Virus record (IMG/VR): IMGVR_UViG_3300021964_000016 | DNA: 64,000 nt | Direction: 5' to 3' (one strand) | DNA from: a virus | Part shown: positions 1 through 9,135 of the stretch, one piece after another | How positions within the stretch are numbered: the stretch's first letter is position 1 | How the letters are laid out: each line of letters begins with the position of its first letter | Translations under genes and position numbers: made by a program | The notes under the pieces: model-generated | What the model was told of the DNA's origin: nothing | Database searches by the model: none | The model's input: only the letters and a program-made list of their open reading frames with translations

Positions 1-262
1 ATAGGGGTTCCACCATCCCCACACACTCGATATACATCCAACCCGAGCGATATACATCCGACACACTCCCCACCAGCATAACCATTATATTCTATATCCA
101 GCATTTACAGGTATATTTGACCTACAGCATAGGTTTTTTTGACCTATAGTATGGATTTTGACCTGTATCTTGCAGGGATTTTTGATTTTTTGTTTGTATA
201 GAAAGAGAGGCGAATAGATGATTAGAAGAGAAGGATTGCCTATAAACAGAGACGAAATGGAT

Positions 263-469
263 TTACTCGAACGAATACATTCTTTTGATGTATTCTTGTT
301 TCTCTTTTTCTGATACTTTGTGTATAATCAGTTTACGATAACCATGTTTCCATGTATAGTTTTCATCTCTATAGGGAGATAACCACCAGATAATCGTACT
401 GGTTTGCTTTAGATGATAGTCTATTGGTACATCTAGATCATGATTCATCATGATACCTTGACGTGTCAT
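263..469 (-). CDS. hypothetical protein
   Basis: 68-aa ORF on the coding strand; no recognisable motif. Confidence 0.4.
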   Translation of the reverse strand: MTRQGIMMNHDLDVPIDYHLKQTSTIIWWLSPYRDENYTWKHGYRKLIIHKVSEKEKQEYIKRMYSFE

Positions 470-565
470 GTATATAAGAGTAAATCATTGCCAGAATAAG
501 GCAGAGCAATATAGGAGAGAAAAGAGCGAAAGCAAAAGTTGCGAGTATTGCCTTTATATGATGCT

Positions 566-787
566 TCATCTTGATTTCCTTGATTCGAAATAGAGACGAA
601 TTTTTGTCTTACGATATACAGCAATAACAAAGAAGATTGAAGTAAAATAGACGGTGATTTCAATAGGCGACCAGGAGTATTTTACCGCAATGGAAGCGAG
701 TATAAAGTTAACAGGAAAGGAATACAGCGTCGCAATAAGTGTATCCGTCATGGACTCTATAATCGCTTGCTTTACGTTGTTTTTCAT
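566..787 (-). CDS. small membrane protein
   Basis: 73 aa with two hydrophobic segments and a basic C-terminus. Confidence 0.6.
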   Translation of the reverse strand: MKNNVKQAIIESMTDTLIATLYSFPVNFILASIAVKYSWSPIEITVYFTSIFFVIAVYRKTKIRLYFESRKSR

Positions 788-810
788 TATTTAGGGTTCT
801 AGATTTACGC

Positions 811-1383
811 TCAAAAGGTGTATTCAAACAGAGATATATCGCGTTCACAACGTTTTGCAACGATCGCCTTGGTGGTTTCGTTATAGTATGAACGATAATC
901 CTCATGCCCAGACTTATTGACGTGCCCTAGTTTACCCTCTCTGTTTACGAGTTCTGAAATCATTTCAAAGTCTGTGGGCAGGTTTTCAAAGCGAAGCACG
1001 GTGGTGATGCTCGAATCAAAGTACGCATGCTGCTGCTTTTTAGAACAGCACCATCCGGAAGGATGCTCATCGTGTATAAACTGATCAAAGGTGAGCACTT
1101 TCCCAGAAGCATCTCGCATCTTATTTCGTCGACGATAATAGGAATACGTGGATACCATACGATCCCATGGATTACGCACACAGGTGAACCAATGATTCAC
1201 CACGATGTTCCTTTTTTTCATCTCGAGCATGGTGCGTTCCTGATCAAAGTGCTTCGCACCCCATGATGTTTTCATATAATGTGAAGCATCCGTGTGATTG
1301 GTTAACCATGCCGCAATAGAACTTCCAGCGGTTTTGGGAATGTGTATGAAACACAATGAATGCTCAGCAGAGTAAATGCTCAT
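811..1383 (-). CDS. sulfotransferase (Sulfotransfer_2-like)
   Basis: FIHIPKTAGSSI (5'-PSB) and RNPWDRMVS (3'-PB) PAPS-binding motifs. Confidence 0.85.
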   Translation of the reverse strand: MSIYSAEHSLCFIHIPKTAGSSIAAWLTNHTDASHYMKTSWGAKHFDQERTMLEMKKRNIVVNHWFTCVRNPWDRMVSTYSYYRRRNKMRDASGKVLTFDQFIHDEHPSGWCCSKKQQHAYFDSSITTVLRFENLPTDFEMISELVNREGKLGHVNKSGHEDYRSYYNETTKAIVAKRCERDISLFEYTF

Positions 1384-2090
1384 AATTTACGGAGTGCGAT
1401 GATGCCCTCCTGTGTATCGTTATGAGGATGAAATATTTTGTCCTTTGTGATGCCATCATAGATGATGCGCTCAACCACTTGCGGTAGATTGAAAACCGTG
1501 GGCATGAGAATATCTAGATCTTGATGAGACATGTAATCTTCAATGATCAACCAACCACCAGAACGAACTTTGCTCCAGTAGTGATTGAGAACAAACAGTT
1601 TGTCGTTGGGACGATGACTTCCATCATCGATGATAATGTTAAAGGAGGAGTCAGGAAAACCAGAAACCGTTTCCTCCGTGTACGCATCCTCATAACAAAG
1701 AAAGACGCGATCACTGTATTTCTTTGAGACGTCAGCGAGCATACGATTACGCATAATCGTTTTGAACTCCCTTGGTGAATCTCTACCACGAATCTCCTCT
1801 GGATTTTCGATCTTCGCGAGCATCTGAGGCAATGGATCAATGCCAATGATTTTACTCTCTGGATTCTGAAGATAACGGTCCCAGCAGAGCAAAGACCAAC
1901 CACCAGAAATACCAATCTCAATCATGGATACCTGCGTGGTTTCGACCTCAGAGAAAATGTAATCATAAATGTGTGAATATGAATGCACAGAGAATTTGAG
2001 CAGACCAATTTTATGTTCTTCAATTTTTCGACCATTCCACTCGTTGTGTAACAGTTCTGGGTCAGATAATGCTAGTTCGCTGATCTTCAT
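1380..2090 (-). CDS. class I SAM-dependent methyltransferase
   Basis: IEIGISGGWS motif I, IIIDDGSH and GGWLIIED; likely start MKISEL at 2090. Confidence 0.8.
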   Translation of the reverse strand: MKISELALSDPELLHNEWNGRKIEEHKIGLLKFSVHSYSHIYDYIFSEVETTQVSMIEIGISGGWSLLCWDRYLQNPESKIIGIDPLPQMLAKIENPEEIRGRDSPREFKTIMRNRMLADVSKKYSDRVFLCYEDAYTEETVSGFPDSSFNIIIDDGSHRPNDKLFVLNHYWSKVRSGGWLIIEDYMSHQDLDILMPTVFNLPQVVERIIYDGITKDKIFHPHNDTQEGIIALRKL

Positions 2091-2928
2091 AGTTCCATAA
2101 TACCAATTCTTTGCGTTTGGATTCATCCGCACGATAGTTTTTACCAGAGTGCAGCGTGTAGGTGTGCATGAATGACTCAGAATAAAAGTCACTATACATT
2201 GATTTGATTAGTTCGTTGTTATCATAAGAGATAAGCATCGGAGAAGAGTGTGCGTGAACCGAAGCACAAAATCGATCGTGATCAAAAGATTTATGCATGT
2301 CACCGTCTTTACCATACAGAAAACTCTTGCCCGTTTTACCAACTCTGGCATAGGGTGGATCAAGATACACCAGCGTGTTCGGATGATTGCTGAGCATATC
2401 ATTTGCATCAGCGTTCTGTATGCTCCAGTTTTGTATGTGCTTGGTGTAGTGCGCAAGATTTTCTATGTTATTGACACTAAAATTAGATCGACTTGCCTGC
2501 TCGGAGAAACCACCGCTCATGAGACCAGAGAACCCACATTTGTTGACGATGAAGAAGGCGTATGCTGACTCCAGTTCGTTAGAGATCGTTTGAGAGAGGA
2601 CTGCTCTCGCCTCCTCGAACAACTTTCTATGCCCATCAACGTCCTTCGCATTGAGTTTGGCAAAGAGTAATCTGTCTAGCAATACCGCTCCCTCATCCCG
2701 CAACACTTTCCAGAAGTTATAAACCAGTGGATCAAAGTCAGAGACGATCACAGGGATATCCGGATATCGCCGAGTAAACTCGATTGCCATGCTCCCGCCA
2801 CCCAGGAATGGTTCGCGGTATTCATGTATCTCTCTAGGAAAGAACTGAAAGAGTGTTTTGGTTGCGCGCGACTTACCGCCGACCCAACGAAGTGGGGATT
2901 TACATGTTTTAGGTAATTCGCTTTTCAT
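2062..2928 (-). CDS. dam: DNA adenine methyltransferase (D12/Dam class)
   Basis: LRWVGGKS, EPFLGGGS and YLDPPY motifs; likely start at 2928. Confidence 0.9.
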   Translation of the reverse strand: MKSELPKTCKSPLRWVGGKSRATKTLFQFFPREIHEYREPFLGGGSMAIEFTRRYPDIPVIVSDFDPLVYNFWKVLRDEGAVLLDRLLFAKLNAKDVDGHRKLFEEARAVLSQTISNELESAYAFFIVNKCGFSGLMSGGFSEQASRSNFSVNNIENLAHYTKHIQNWSIQNADANDMLSNHPNTLVYLDPPYARVGKTGKSFLYGKDGDMHKSFDHDRFCASVHAHSSPMLISYDNNELIKSMYSDFYSESFMHTYTLHSGKNYRADESKRKELVLWNYEDQRTSII

Positions 2929-3505
2929 ATCTTGTCTTTCTCGCGCATTCATGGGAACAAAAACGAGTCCTGTCTGGTCTCTTGGTTACTTTGTTGGAAC
3001 AATCTCGATTTTCGCACTCAGGTAATCTATTATACACATCTGGATTGAAAAGACAAGTTCTTTCGTGCTTTGCATGCATAGTGGAACCGATATCCTTATC
3101 GCAGTGTTTGCAAGTTATCTTTTTGTGTGCAAAACCTTCTGCTTTTCGTTTTGTCCATTCTTTCTTTCTACCTTCTGACACTGCCTTGCGAAACTCTGGG
3201 CAAGCACCAAGTTCTTTGGTCATAGGTGGTGGGTCGCCTCCTCCTTCGCGTATGTTCCACCCAATGTTCTCGGAGGGACGTAACTCTATCTCTCGAGAGA
3301 TCGCTTCTTCTCGTGTGTTATACTGCTCGAGGACGGAGAATACTGCTCCCTTCCTCATTGCGTTGTATGCGATGGGGTTCCCCGCGTTGTTGCGGTGACG
3401 CCATTCTCGATGGTAGGGGTCTTTGGTGATTCCGATATATCCCTCAGAACGAGGGTCGGTATGAGATGGATAGTGTATCCAATATAAGTAGTTTGTGCTG
3501 GACAT
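2909..3505 (-). CDS. GIY-YIG homing endonuclease-like protein with C-terminal Cys-rich (Zn) module
   Basis: YLYWI...YIGIT, E..LRP..GWN..GG and CxxC motifs; free-standing with its own late promoter. Confidence 0.75.
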   Translation of the reverse strand: MSSTNYLYWIHYPSHTDPRSEGYIGITKDPYHREWRHRNNAGNPIAYNAMRKGAVFSVLEQYNTREEAISREIELRPSENIGWNIREGGGDPPPMTKELGACPEFRKAVSEGRKKEWTKRKAEGFAHKKITCKHCDKDIGSTMHAKHERTCLFNPDVYNRLPECENRDCSNKVTKRPDRTRFCSHECARKTRYEKRIT

Positions 3506-3566
3506 AAATTTCTCTCTTGTTATTGTGTCTAGAGAGTTGGGGACTGCCATCCCGCGAACTCACTTT

Positions 3567-3574
3567 TATTTATA
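3567..3574 (-). promoter_or_regulatory. T4-type late promoter
   Basis: exact TATAAATA upstream of the GIY-YIG gene. Confidence 0.75.
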
Positions 3575-3577
3575 CAA

Positions 3578-4822
3578 CTAGAATATACAGAGAGCAGGTT
3601 CCTCTTCGCGATCCGGATCAAAGAATGCTGGTTGCGCTCTGTTCTCTGCCAGTTGACTCATAACATATCGAACCCTATTTAGATGCTCAACAGCATTGGT
3701 GGGTGGTGGTTGTTGTTCTATTGGGTCCACACAGAAACAACCACCACCAGTGCCTGTCTTTTTACTTGTACCATCGGGCAGTTGAAACCATCTGTTTGGG
3801 TCACTAAACTTGCCTGTTGGTTCATCCGCATAACTCATGATCGTGCCCCAACCATTGAATCTTGTGCCGTCTGGATAATTCTCTATTGTTCCAGGGATCA
3901 CATATCCATAACTGTATTCAAAGATATTCCCAAACTTACCTGCATTCGCCCAGTCATGGTCCAGTCCTAGATTATGTCCGACCTCATGCACAAACGTTTC
4001 ATTGGCACGATTGTAATATCGTAACTGGTCGTTTGAATACGTGCTGTTTTGATAACACTGGATAGCACCCCGAGAGTTCTTAAATCCACCAGTCGCATCG
4101 AGATACGCAGCACCACAGGCAGTAGGATTAATCCTTGGATTCAAAAACAGATATGCCAAGTCAGCATCAGATTCTACCTGCCACTGAGTCACGTTTGAAA
4201 ACTCTCTTGAGTCTGCACCAAAATATCATATGTTGTATGTCAGATTTCTATCTTGATCTACGTCCAGTACGCGAATGTCTGCTATTCGTAGACGCAAGTA
4301 AACTCGGGACTTTTGTAAAACTTGGTTGGCAAAATCAAACTCATTCTGTACAAACTCCTCAATGGACAAACCTTCCGTTGGTAATCTAGAATCAACCACC
4401 ACTAATATTTTTACGATGTCTATGTCTTCACGGTCAGGACTGAACATGAAATCAGTCTCGGTTCGCTGTAGTTGCCCATCGCAATTTAGATAATCATACC
4501 AAGGATGATTCGTTGAAGATGGATAGGCAGGACAAGACTCTGGTACAGTTACCTCTGGTTCTGGTTCGCACGGTTCAACTTCAGGTGGTGGTTCCTTCCC
4601 TCTCTGCGTTTGTACCGCACCGAGTAGCGAGTTGAATCGATTGGAAGCAGAAGACCCCTGTGAACAAGGGGTCGTTGAATATGATATTGTCGTTTGTCCT
4701 GTCGAAGCAGGAGCATACAGAATATCTTCTACGGATTGATTATCGGTACTACAAGCAGTTAATAATAATCCTGCGTGTAGTGCCATGAGCACCATAAATG
4801 CCCAGAGCAAAACCCTTTCCAT
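3578..4822 (-). pseudogene. lipoprotein reprolysin-like (M12B-type) zinc metallopeptidase interrupted by one in-frame TGA
   Basis: ORF 4226..4822 (lipobox LLTAC) and ORF 3578..4192 (HEVGHNLGLDH, Met-turn TIMSY) share a frame and are separated only by TGA at 4226-4228. Confidence 0.7.
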
Positions 4823-4886
4823 GTATATTTCCTTTTATACAGCATAGCGGAAACATAAACTAAGTTTTGCCCAATCAATTCAGAGG

Positions 4887-5153
4887 TCAGTTACCCTCAT
4901 AAATGTTATTCAGAATCGTTTCAAATGCCTCAATCTTACTCAAACGATCTGGCCATAGAATAAAATCCTTTTCAGGATTCTTCTTTAGATTATTTAGGAG
5001 TGGTTGAATTGCATTATACAATTTATCCAACCTCGCCTCGTATTGTGTAGCAGTTTGAGATACAGTTTGTATCTCTGCCTGCTTCTCTTGAAAGATATCG
5101 AGTTCTTCTTGGTCTACAGCGGTAAACCCGAAATCGAAAATATCGTCTGTCAT
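4887..5153 (-). CDS. hypothetical coiled-coil protein
   Basis: 88-aa ORF coupled to its neighbours by overlap. Confidence 0.65.
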   Translation of the reverse strand: MTDDIFDFGFTAVDQEELDIFQEKQAEIQTVSQTATQYEARLDKLYNAIQPLLNNLKKNPEKDFILWPDRLSKIEAFETILNNIYEGN

Positions 5154-5389
5154 GCGTCTGTTTCCTTTTTACCGCACCAACTGCATTCTTCGCCTAATGC
5201 TGTAAAAAGTTCACCTTTAACGACACAATCGTGTTCCCAAAAACCTACCTCAAGAGGGTTATCCCTCTCAAAGATACGGTCCCAGTTGGCACTTATTTTT
5301 GCGTAATCTTCAGGTCGGCGAGCACTGCCCTTTCCGCCTGCCCACTGTCCACTCATGGAGTTACGATTCCGGTGGTCTGTTGAATCCAA
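5150..5389 (-). CDS. hypothetical protein (possible Zn ribbon)
   Basis: HxC...CxxC motif; true start probably MSGQW. Confidence 0.55.
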   Translation of the reverse strand: MDSTDHRNRNSMSGQWAGGKGSARRPEDYAKISANWDRIFERDNPLEVGFWEHDCVVKGELFTALGEECSWCGKKETDA

Positions 5390-5658
5390 GCATCAATAAT
5401 TGACTGCTCTGTTTCTACAATCGTAATGATTCCAATTTTATGAAACCTCACTTCCTCTGGGTTTTGCTTACCAGTGGCAGATACACCTGGAAGAAATCCA
5501 GATTGATCACCAGCAGAAACAAATAGTCGAGGTTTCTCGACGGTGATAAAAGTACCACTGTTGCTCTTGATCCTTCCTACAACTTCTCCCATGTGTGAGA
5601 CCATGGTTACGATTTCACCGACATATGCGGTGAAAATATCAACGTTATTGCTTGCCAT
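5353..5658 (-). CDS. hypothetical protein (possibly Sm-like beta fold)
   Basis: 101-aa beta-rich ORF in a packed operon. Confidence 0.6.
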   Translation of the reverse strand: MASNNVDIFTAYVGEIVTMVSHMGEVVGRIKSNSGTFITVEKPRLFVSAGDQSGFLPGVSATGKQNPEEVRFHKIGIITIVETEQSIIDAWIQQTTGIVTP

Positions 5659-5663
5659 TATAA

Positions 5664-5876
5664 CTACTCCTCAAGTTTTTTGATTGTCCATCGTTCCACA
5701 GCACGATAGAGGTTTTCTCTTTTGTACGTTCCCTCTTGATCTAGTATATCGATCAGGTTCTCAGCACCCTCTGCTCTCCCGTCCATAATACCTTTTACTC
5801 TACCTAGAATTCTACCAATAAAGTAGGATATCCAGAGAAGGAATACAGCGATAAGAGTATGCATGTAAGGGTCCAT
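5664..5876 (-). CDS. small membrane-anchored protein
   Basis: N-terminal transmembrane segment. Confidence 0.6.
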   Translation of the reverse strand: MDPYMHTLIAVFLLWISYFIGRILGRVKGIMDGRAEGAENLIDILDQEGTYKRENLYRAVERWTIKKLEE

Positions 5877-6394
5877 TAAAGGTTACTAAACACGTTTTCT
5901 GGTGTAGTAACTTCATATGGGTCGTATGGACAATTGTCCATTAAATGATCTTCTTCAAACCAGTCAACGATTTTCATATTGTCGGCGACTAGTACATACC
6001 GCCAAGAACGAGGACCGAATCCAAGGTTCTGTTTCTCTACGAGCATACCTAATCCACGAGCAAAGTCTGCGTTACCGTCAGGGAGCATCTTGACGTTCTC
6101 TGTACCTTGATGTTGACTCCACTGATGCATCACAAACGCATCATTGACTGAAGTGCACCAAATTTCTTGAATGCCCTTCTCAGTAAACTGCTCTGCCATA
6201 GCATCAAACCCTGGGAGTTGACTGTTCGAACAGGTGGGGGTGAAGGCACCTGGAAGTCCGATAATCAAGACGCACTTGTCAGCGAACAAATCTTTGGTTG
6301 TCTTGTAAACCCACTTGTATGGATTCTCTCCGCCAATTGACTCATCACGCTCACGCATGTAAAAAGTGACGTCTGGTAACATAGCATCAATCAT
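5876..6394 (-). CDS. peroxiredoxin (Prx5/redoxin family)
   Basis: PGAFTPTCS peroxidatic motif, SVNDAFVM, DGNADF and RSWRY. Confidence 0.92.
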   Translation of the reverse strand: MIDAMLPDVTFYMRERDESIGGENPYKWVYKTTKDLFADKCVLIIGLPGAFTPTCSNSQLPGFDAMAEQFTEKGIQEIWCTSVNDAFVMHQWSQHQGTENVKMLPDGNADFARGLGMLVEKQNLGFGPRSWRYVLVADNMKIVDWFEEDHLMDNCPYDPYEVTTPENVFSNL

Positions 6395-6400
6395 ATTAAA

Positions 6401-6592
6401 TTATACCTCTTCTTCAACTACTTTCATTTCTTTGACGGTTGCCTTGTAAATGTCTTCAAGAGAACCGTCTTCCAATAAGAGAACCCATCTATCAGATCCT
6501 GGGTTGTTATATTCCCCCTTGAGTTCTCCTCTTCGTTCGTGCATCTTCCCTGATTTCATAGACTTGAATTTAATATCCCAAATCTTCTTCAT
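6401..6592 (-). CDS. hypothetical protein
   Basis: 63-aa ORF, translationally coupled. Confidence 0.55.
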   Translation of the reverse strand: MKKIWDIKFKSMKSGKMHERRGELKGEYNNPGSDRWVLLLEDGSLEDIYKATVKEMKVVEEEV

Positions 6593-6780
6593 TGGATGCC
6601 CTCTAATTTTGCTTTATGTGGAGCGACCTCTGCGCTTCTCACAAAATATGTGATGTTAAGATTAGATTCTTGAAGAGAATTTTTCTCGCTGTCGGCATAC
6701 TGTTTCATCGTATGAAGAGAAACCAATATTTCCTCTCCGTCATCATTGGTATACCAAACACCCCAAAATGTTGCTGGCAT
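6589..6780 (-). CDS. hypothetical protein
   Basis: 63-aa ORF with upstream purine-rich RBS. Confidence 0.5.
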   Translation of the reverse strand: MPATFWGVWYTNDDGEEILVSLHTMKQYADSEKNSLQESNLNITYFVRSAEVAPHKAKLEGIQ

Positions 6781-6825
6781 GATAGTGTCCCCTGTTGTTG
6801 TGTATCTATTTAGTTATGAAGACAA

Positions 6826-7260
6826 CTATTCTTTCTCTCTCAATCTTAGTTTTTCTAGACTGACCCTCTCTTTTTGAGTCAATATAAAGGCAGCAATTGC
6901 TAGAATAAGAATGCCCGAACTTTCGTAGACAATGTTTATTGCTGCACCTTCTTTAGTCGTCAGTACCAGCATACGAGTCAATGCAGTGATCGCAATGATG
7001 ATAGGCAAAGTCACTGGTATACGATGGTCTTTATAGAATGCTCCGACCATACCGAGTATTTCTGCATAGATGAATAGGAGAAAGAGATCGGCGAGTTCCA
7101 TACGACCTTGCGTACTGAACATGGCAACAATATCAAACCCAGATGCCCACACCGTTCCTGCTACGATAAAGAGAAGGAGTGCTTTCTCAACGTGTAGTAT
7201 GACTCTGTGCACTTTGTGCTTAACTACTTTGCTATTAATCAACCTTCTGTCCTCAAACAA
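6826..7260 (-). CDS. psiE: phosphate-starvation-inducible PsiE-family membrane protein
   Basis: four TM segments with LADLFLLFIYAEILGM and IPVTLPIIIAITALTR signatures. Confidence 0.8.
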   Translation of the reverse strand: MFEDRRLINSKVVKHKVHRVILHVEKALLLFIVAGTVWASGFDIVAMFSTQGRMELADLFLLFIYAEILGMVGAFYKDHRIPVTLPIIIAITALTRMLVLTTKEGAAINIVYESSGILILAIAAFILTQKERVSLEKLRLREKE

Positions 7261-7436
7261 ACCTGATGTAGTTCATGCTTTATAGTTTCTATCTCTACAA
7301 GCATTCCAGAACCTCGTCCACCAGTGCGCTCAATTTCTCGCACTTCTACGTGTCTGTATCCATATTCTATACAAGGTTTTTGTTCTATTGTATTACTGCA
7401 CCCCCCAATGAGTAACACTAATACAATATATTTCAC
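7239..7436 (-). CDS. putative lipoprotein
   Basis: GTG start; KYIVLVLLIGGC signal peptide with lipobox. Confidence 0.55.
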   Translation of the reverse strand: MKYIVLVLLIGGCSNTIEQKPCIEYGYRHVEVREIERTGGRGSGMLVEIETIKHELHQVCLRTEG

Positions 7437-7819
7437 TATTTCTCCCAACTGATCTCTATTCTTGACTTGCCTGTTTTGTCCCATGACCAATCGCAACCAC
7501 ACTCCTCAATGATGGGCAGTATTTCTTTGAGGTTCTTTACACCCTTTTTACTCCCATCGAAACAGAACAAACTATATCCTTGTTGCTCTGGCGTATTGTG
7601 TTCCCACTCCACGTTTTCCCACCATTCGTACTCTTCCTCTTCGGTTTCAAACTCTGGTGGTTCTGGTTCTATTTCACAATCTTGTTCGTGATTAAACAGA
7701 ACTTTGGTTAGGTCATCATGTTCTACTTCCAACCAAGCACAAGTTTGACAGCAGGGCAGTTTCCAACCCACGTACCATCCCTCTTCGTGGAGTCTTTCTT
7801 GCAGTTTACGGAAACTCAT
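7436..7819 (-). CDS. hypothetical protein
   Basis: acidic ORF with a CCxxCAW motif. Confidence 0.6.
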   Translation of the reverse strand: MSFRKLQERLHEEGWYVGWKLPCCQTCAWLEVEHDDLTKVLFNHEQDCEIEPEPPEFETEEEEYEWWENVEWEHNTPEQQGYSLFCFDGSKKGVKNLKEILPIIEECGCDWSWDKTGKSRIEISWEK

Positions 7820-8091
7820 CCGATATCGTCCAGAGAGGTATCTCGTTCCCACTGCTCAGATTCCCACTGCTGAATGAAGTTTGAGAATCCTACCTGTAGC
7901 ACACTGTACTCGCTCAGATTCTCCTCACGCCACTCTTCAACTTCTTTGATCTGTTCGGGTGTAATTTCAGTGATCTCGACAACACCAAAGTGTTCAGTGA
8001 TCTGTTCCCACACTTGTTCACAGATTTGATTCTCATACCACTCTTCGGTCTTGTGTGGACGATGCCACGTATACTTTTCTTCACTTGTCAT
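7816..8091 (-). CDS. hypothetical acidic protein
   Basis: likely start MTSEEK; coupled to neighbours. Confidence 0.55.
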   Translation of the reverse strand: MTSEEKYTWHRPHKTEEWYENQICEQVWEQITEHFGVVEITEITPEQIKEVEEWREENLSEYSVLQVGFSNFIQQWESEQWERDTSLDDIG

Positions 8092-8332
8092 GATATTCCC
8101 TACATACGATTTCAAAAGTTTCCCACATGTTTCGAAACTTGATTTCATACAATTCTTTGATTGCGAAATACTTGTTCATTAATGCATCACAGAGTTTGGG
8201 GTCCATGCCTTCCCATTCAGGGTCATCCACGAAGTGTTTTGTCACCATTTCAATATCATCAGTGACATTAGCAAACTGTAGCAGTTGTTGCTCCAGATCA
8301 AAAATTGAACTCATACTCCACTCTCCGTGCAC
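8081..8332 (-). CDS. hypothetical protein
   Basis: ORF in a packed cluster. Confidence 0.55.
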   Translation of the reverse strand: MHGEWSMSSIFDLEQQLLQFANVTDDIEMVTKHFVDDPEWEGMDPKLCDALMNKYFAIKELYEIKFRNMWETFEIVCREYHDK

Positions 8333-8404
8333 TTGATTGAATAATAAAAACAGACGGCACCGAATATCATCGGAGACATCATAATTGCTCCGATTCCTAG
8401 AAGT

Positions 8405-8674
8405 TCAATCACAATCTTCCTCTCCTATGTGCCAGAGAATATCATTAATGGCATTACAGTATCCTGCGATCCACTGCTCATCTAGATGCTCTTCACCTGG
8501 CTCGTTGTTGGTGTAGTAACCCTTGCGTGCTTCTTTCGCACAGTTATGTAGGAATGCTGAGAGCGAGTCAAGTCTCTTGGCGAGATCATAAGCAAATTCT
8601 GGATTGCATTGTAGGCAACCATTGCCACTTGCACGTTGTTTGTGTGTGCATCCACAGGGTGTCCAATTACTCAT
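8405..8674 (-). CDS. hypothetical protein
   Basis: 89 aa with a Cys-rich N-terminus. Confidence 0.5.
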   Translation of the reverse strand: MSNWTPCGCTHKQRASGNGCLQCNPEFAYDLAKRLDSLSAFLHNCAKEARKGYYTNNEPGEEHLDEQWIAGYCNAINDILWHIGEEDCD

Positions 8675-8801
8675 CGAATAGATCCATCTGCTTGCTTTTC
8701 TGTATGGGCATTAACCATCCTGATATGGCAACAATAGTCCATACCATCGCGATCGGTGCAAAGATTGCCATACCAATTAGTGTGAGTCCGCCACCTTCCA
8801 T
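8667..8801 (-). CDS. 44-aa membrane peptide
   Basis: manually translated MEGGGLTLIGMAIFAPIAMVWTIVAISGWLMPIQKSKQMDLFDE; TAATG coupling. Confidence 0.5.
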   Translation of the reverse strand: MEGGGLTLIGMAIFAPIAMVWTIVAISGWLMPIQKSKQMDLFDE

Positions 8802-8971
8802 TATTTGTCTCTCCTCTTGAATACTTTGCTCACCGCACCAGACACCGTCTTGCTCATGGCATCAATGTATGCTTTATAGAGTGTTTCCGCAAACTCTTTC
8901 TGTTTATTACTGGGAATAAAGAGATCCTGTACTTCATCAGGATTCGCCTCGATCTCGATCTTAATCTTCAT
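8801..8971 (-). CDS. 56-aa hypothetical protein
   Basis: manually translated MKIKIEIEANPDEV...; fills the gap with coupled stop/start. Confidence 0.5.
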   Translation of the reverse strand: MKIKIEIEANPDEVQDLFIPSNKQKEFAETLYKAYIDAMSKTVSGAVSKVFKRRDK

Positions 8972-8973
8972 CC

Positions 8974-9135
8974 TTAGATCTTTCTCGCTTCTATACTATC
9001 AAAACCAATTCCAGTATAGCGACTCGCCGAACCATAATCATTAAAATACTTCTCTCGCGCACTGTACTCGGTCAGCGCAGTAATGATTAGATTCGTTGTC
9101 TCACCATTTACAAAAATTAAATATCGCGAAAACAT
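8974..9135 (-). CDS. 53-aa hypothetical protein
   Basis: manually translated MFSRYLIFVNGETTN...; TAATG-coupled to the helicase. Confidence 0.5.
   Translation of the reverse strand: MFSRYLIFVNGETTNLIITALTEYSAREKYFNDYGSASRYTGIGFDSIEARKI

Noticed and set aside
2062-3505. Dam plus GIY-YIG as a restriction-modification pair
   Set aside because: The nuclease has homing-endonuclease architecture and a late promoter, and orphan Dam is common in T4-like phages.
4226-4228. Genome-wide TGA recoding, or selenocysteine at this codon
   Set aside because: TGA is the normal stop of many clear genes here (for example uvsX and gp46). The codon is not at an obvious catalytic Cys position, and the downstream hairpin lacks a convincing SECIS loop.
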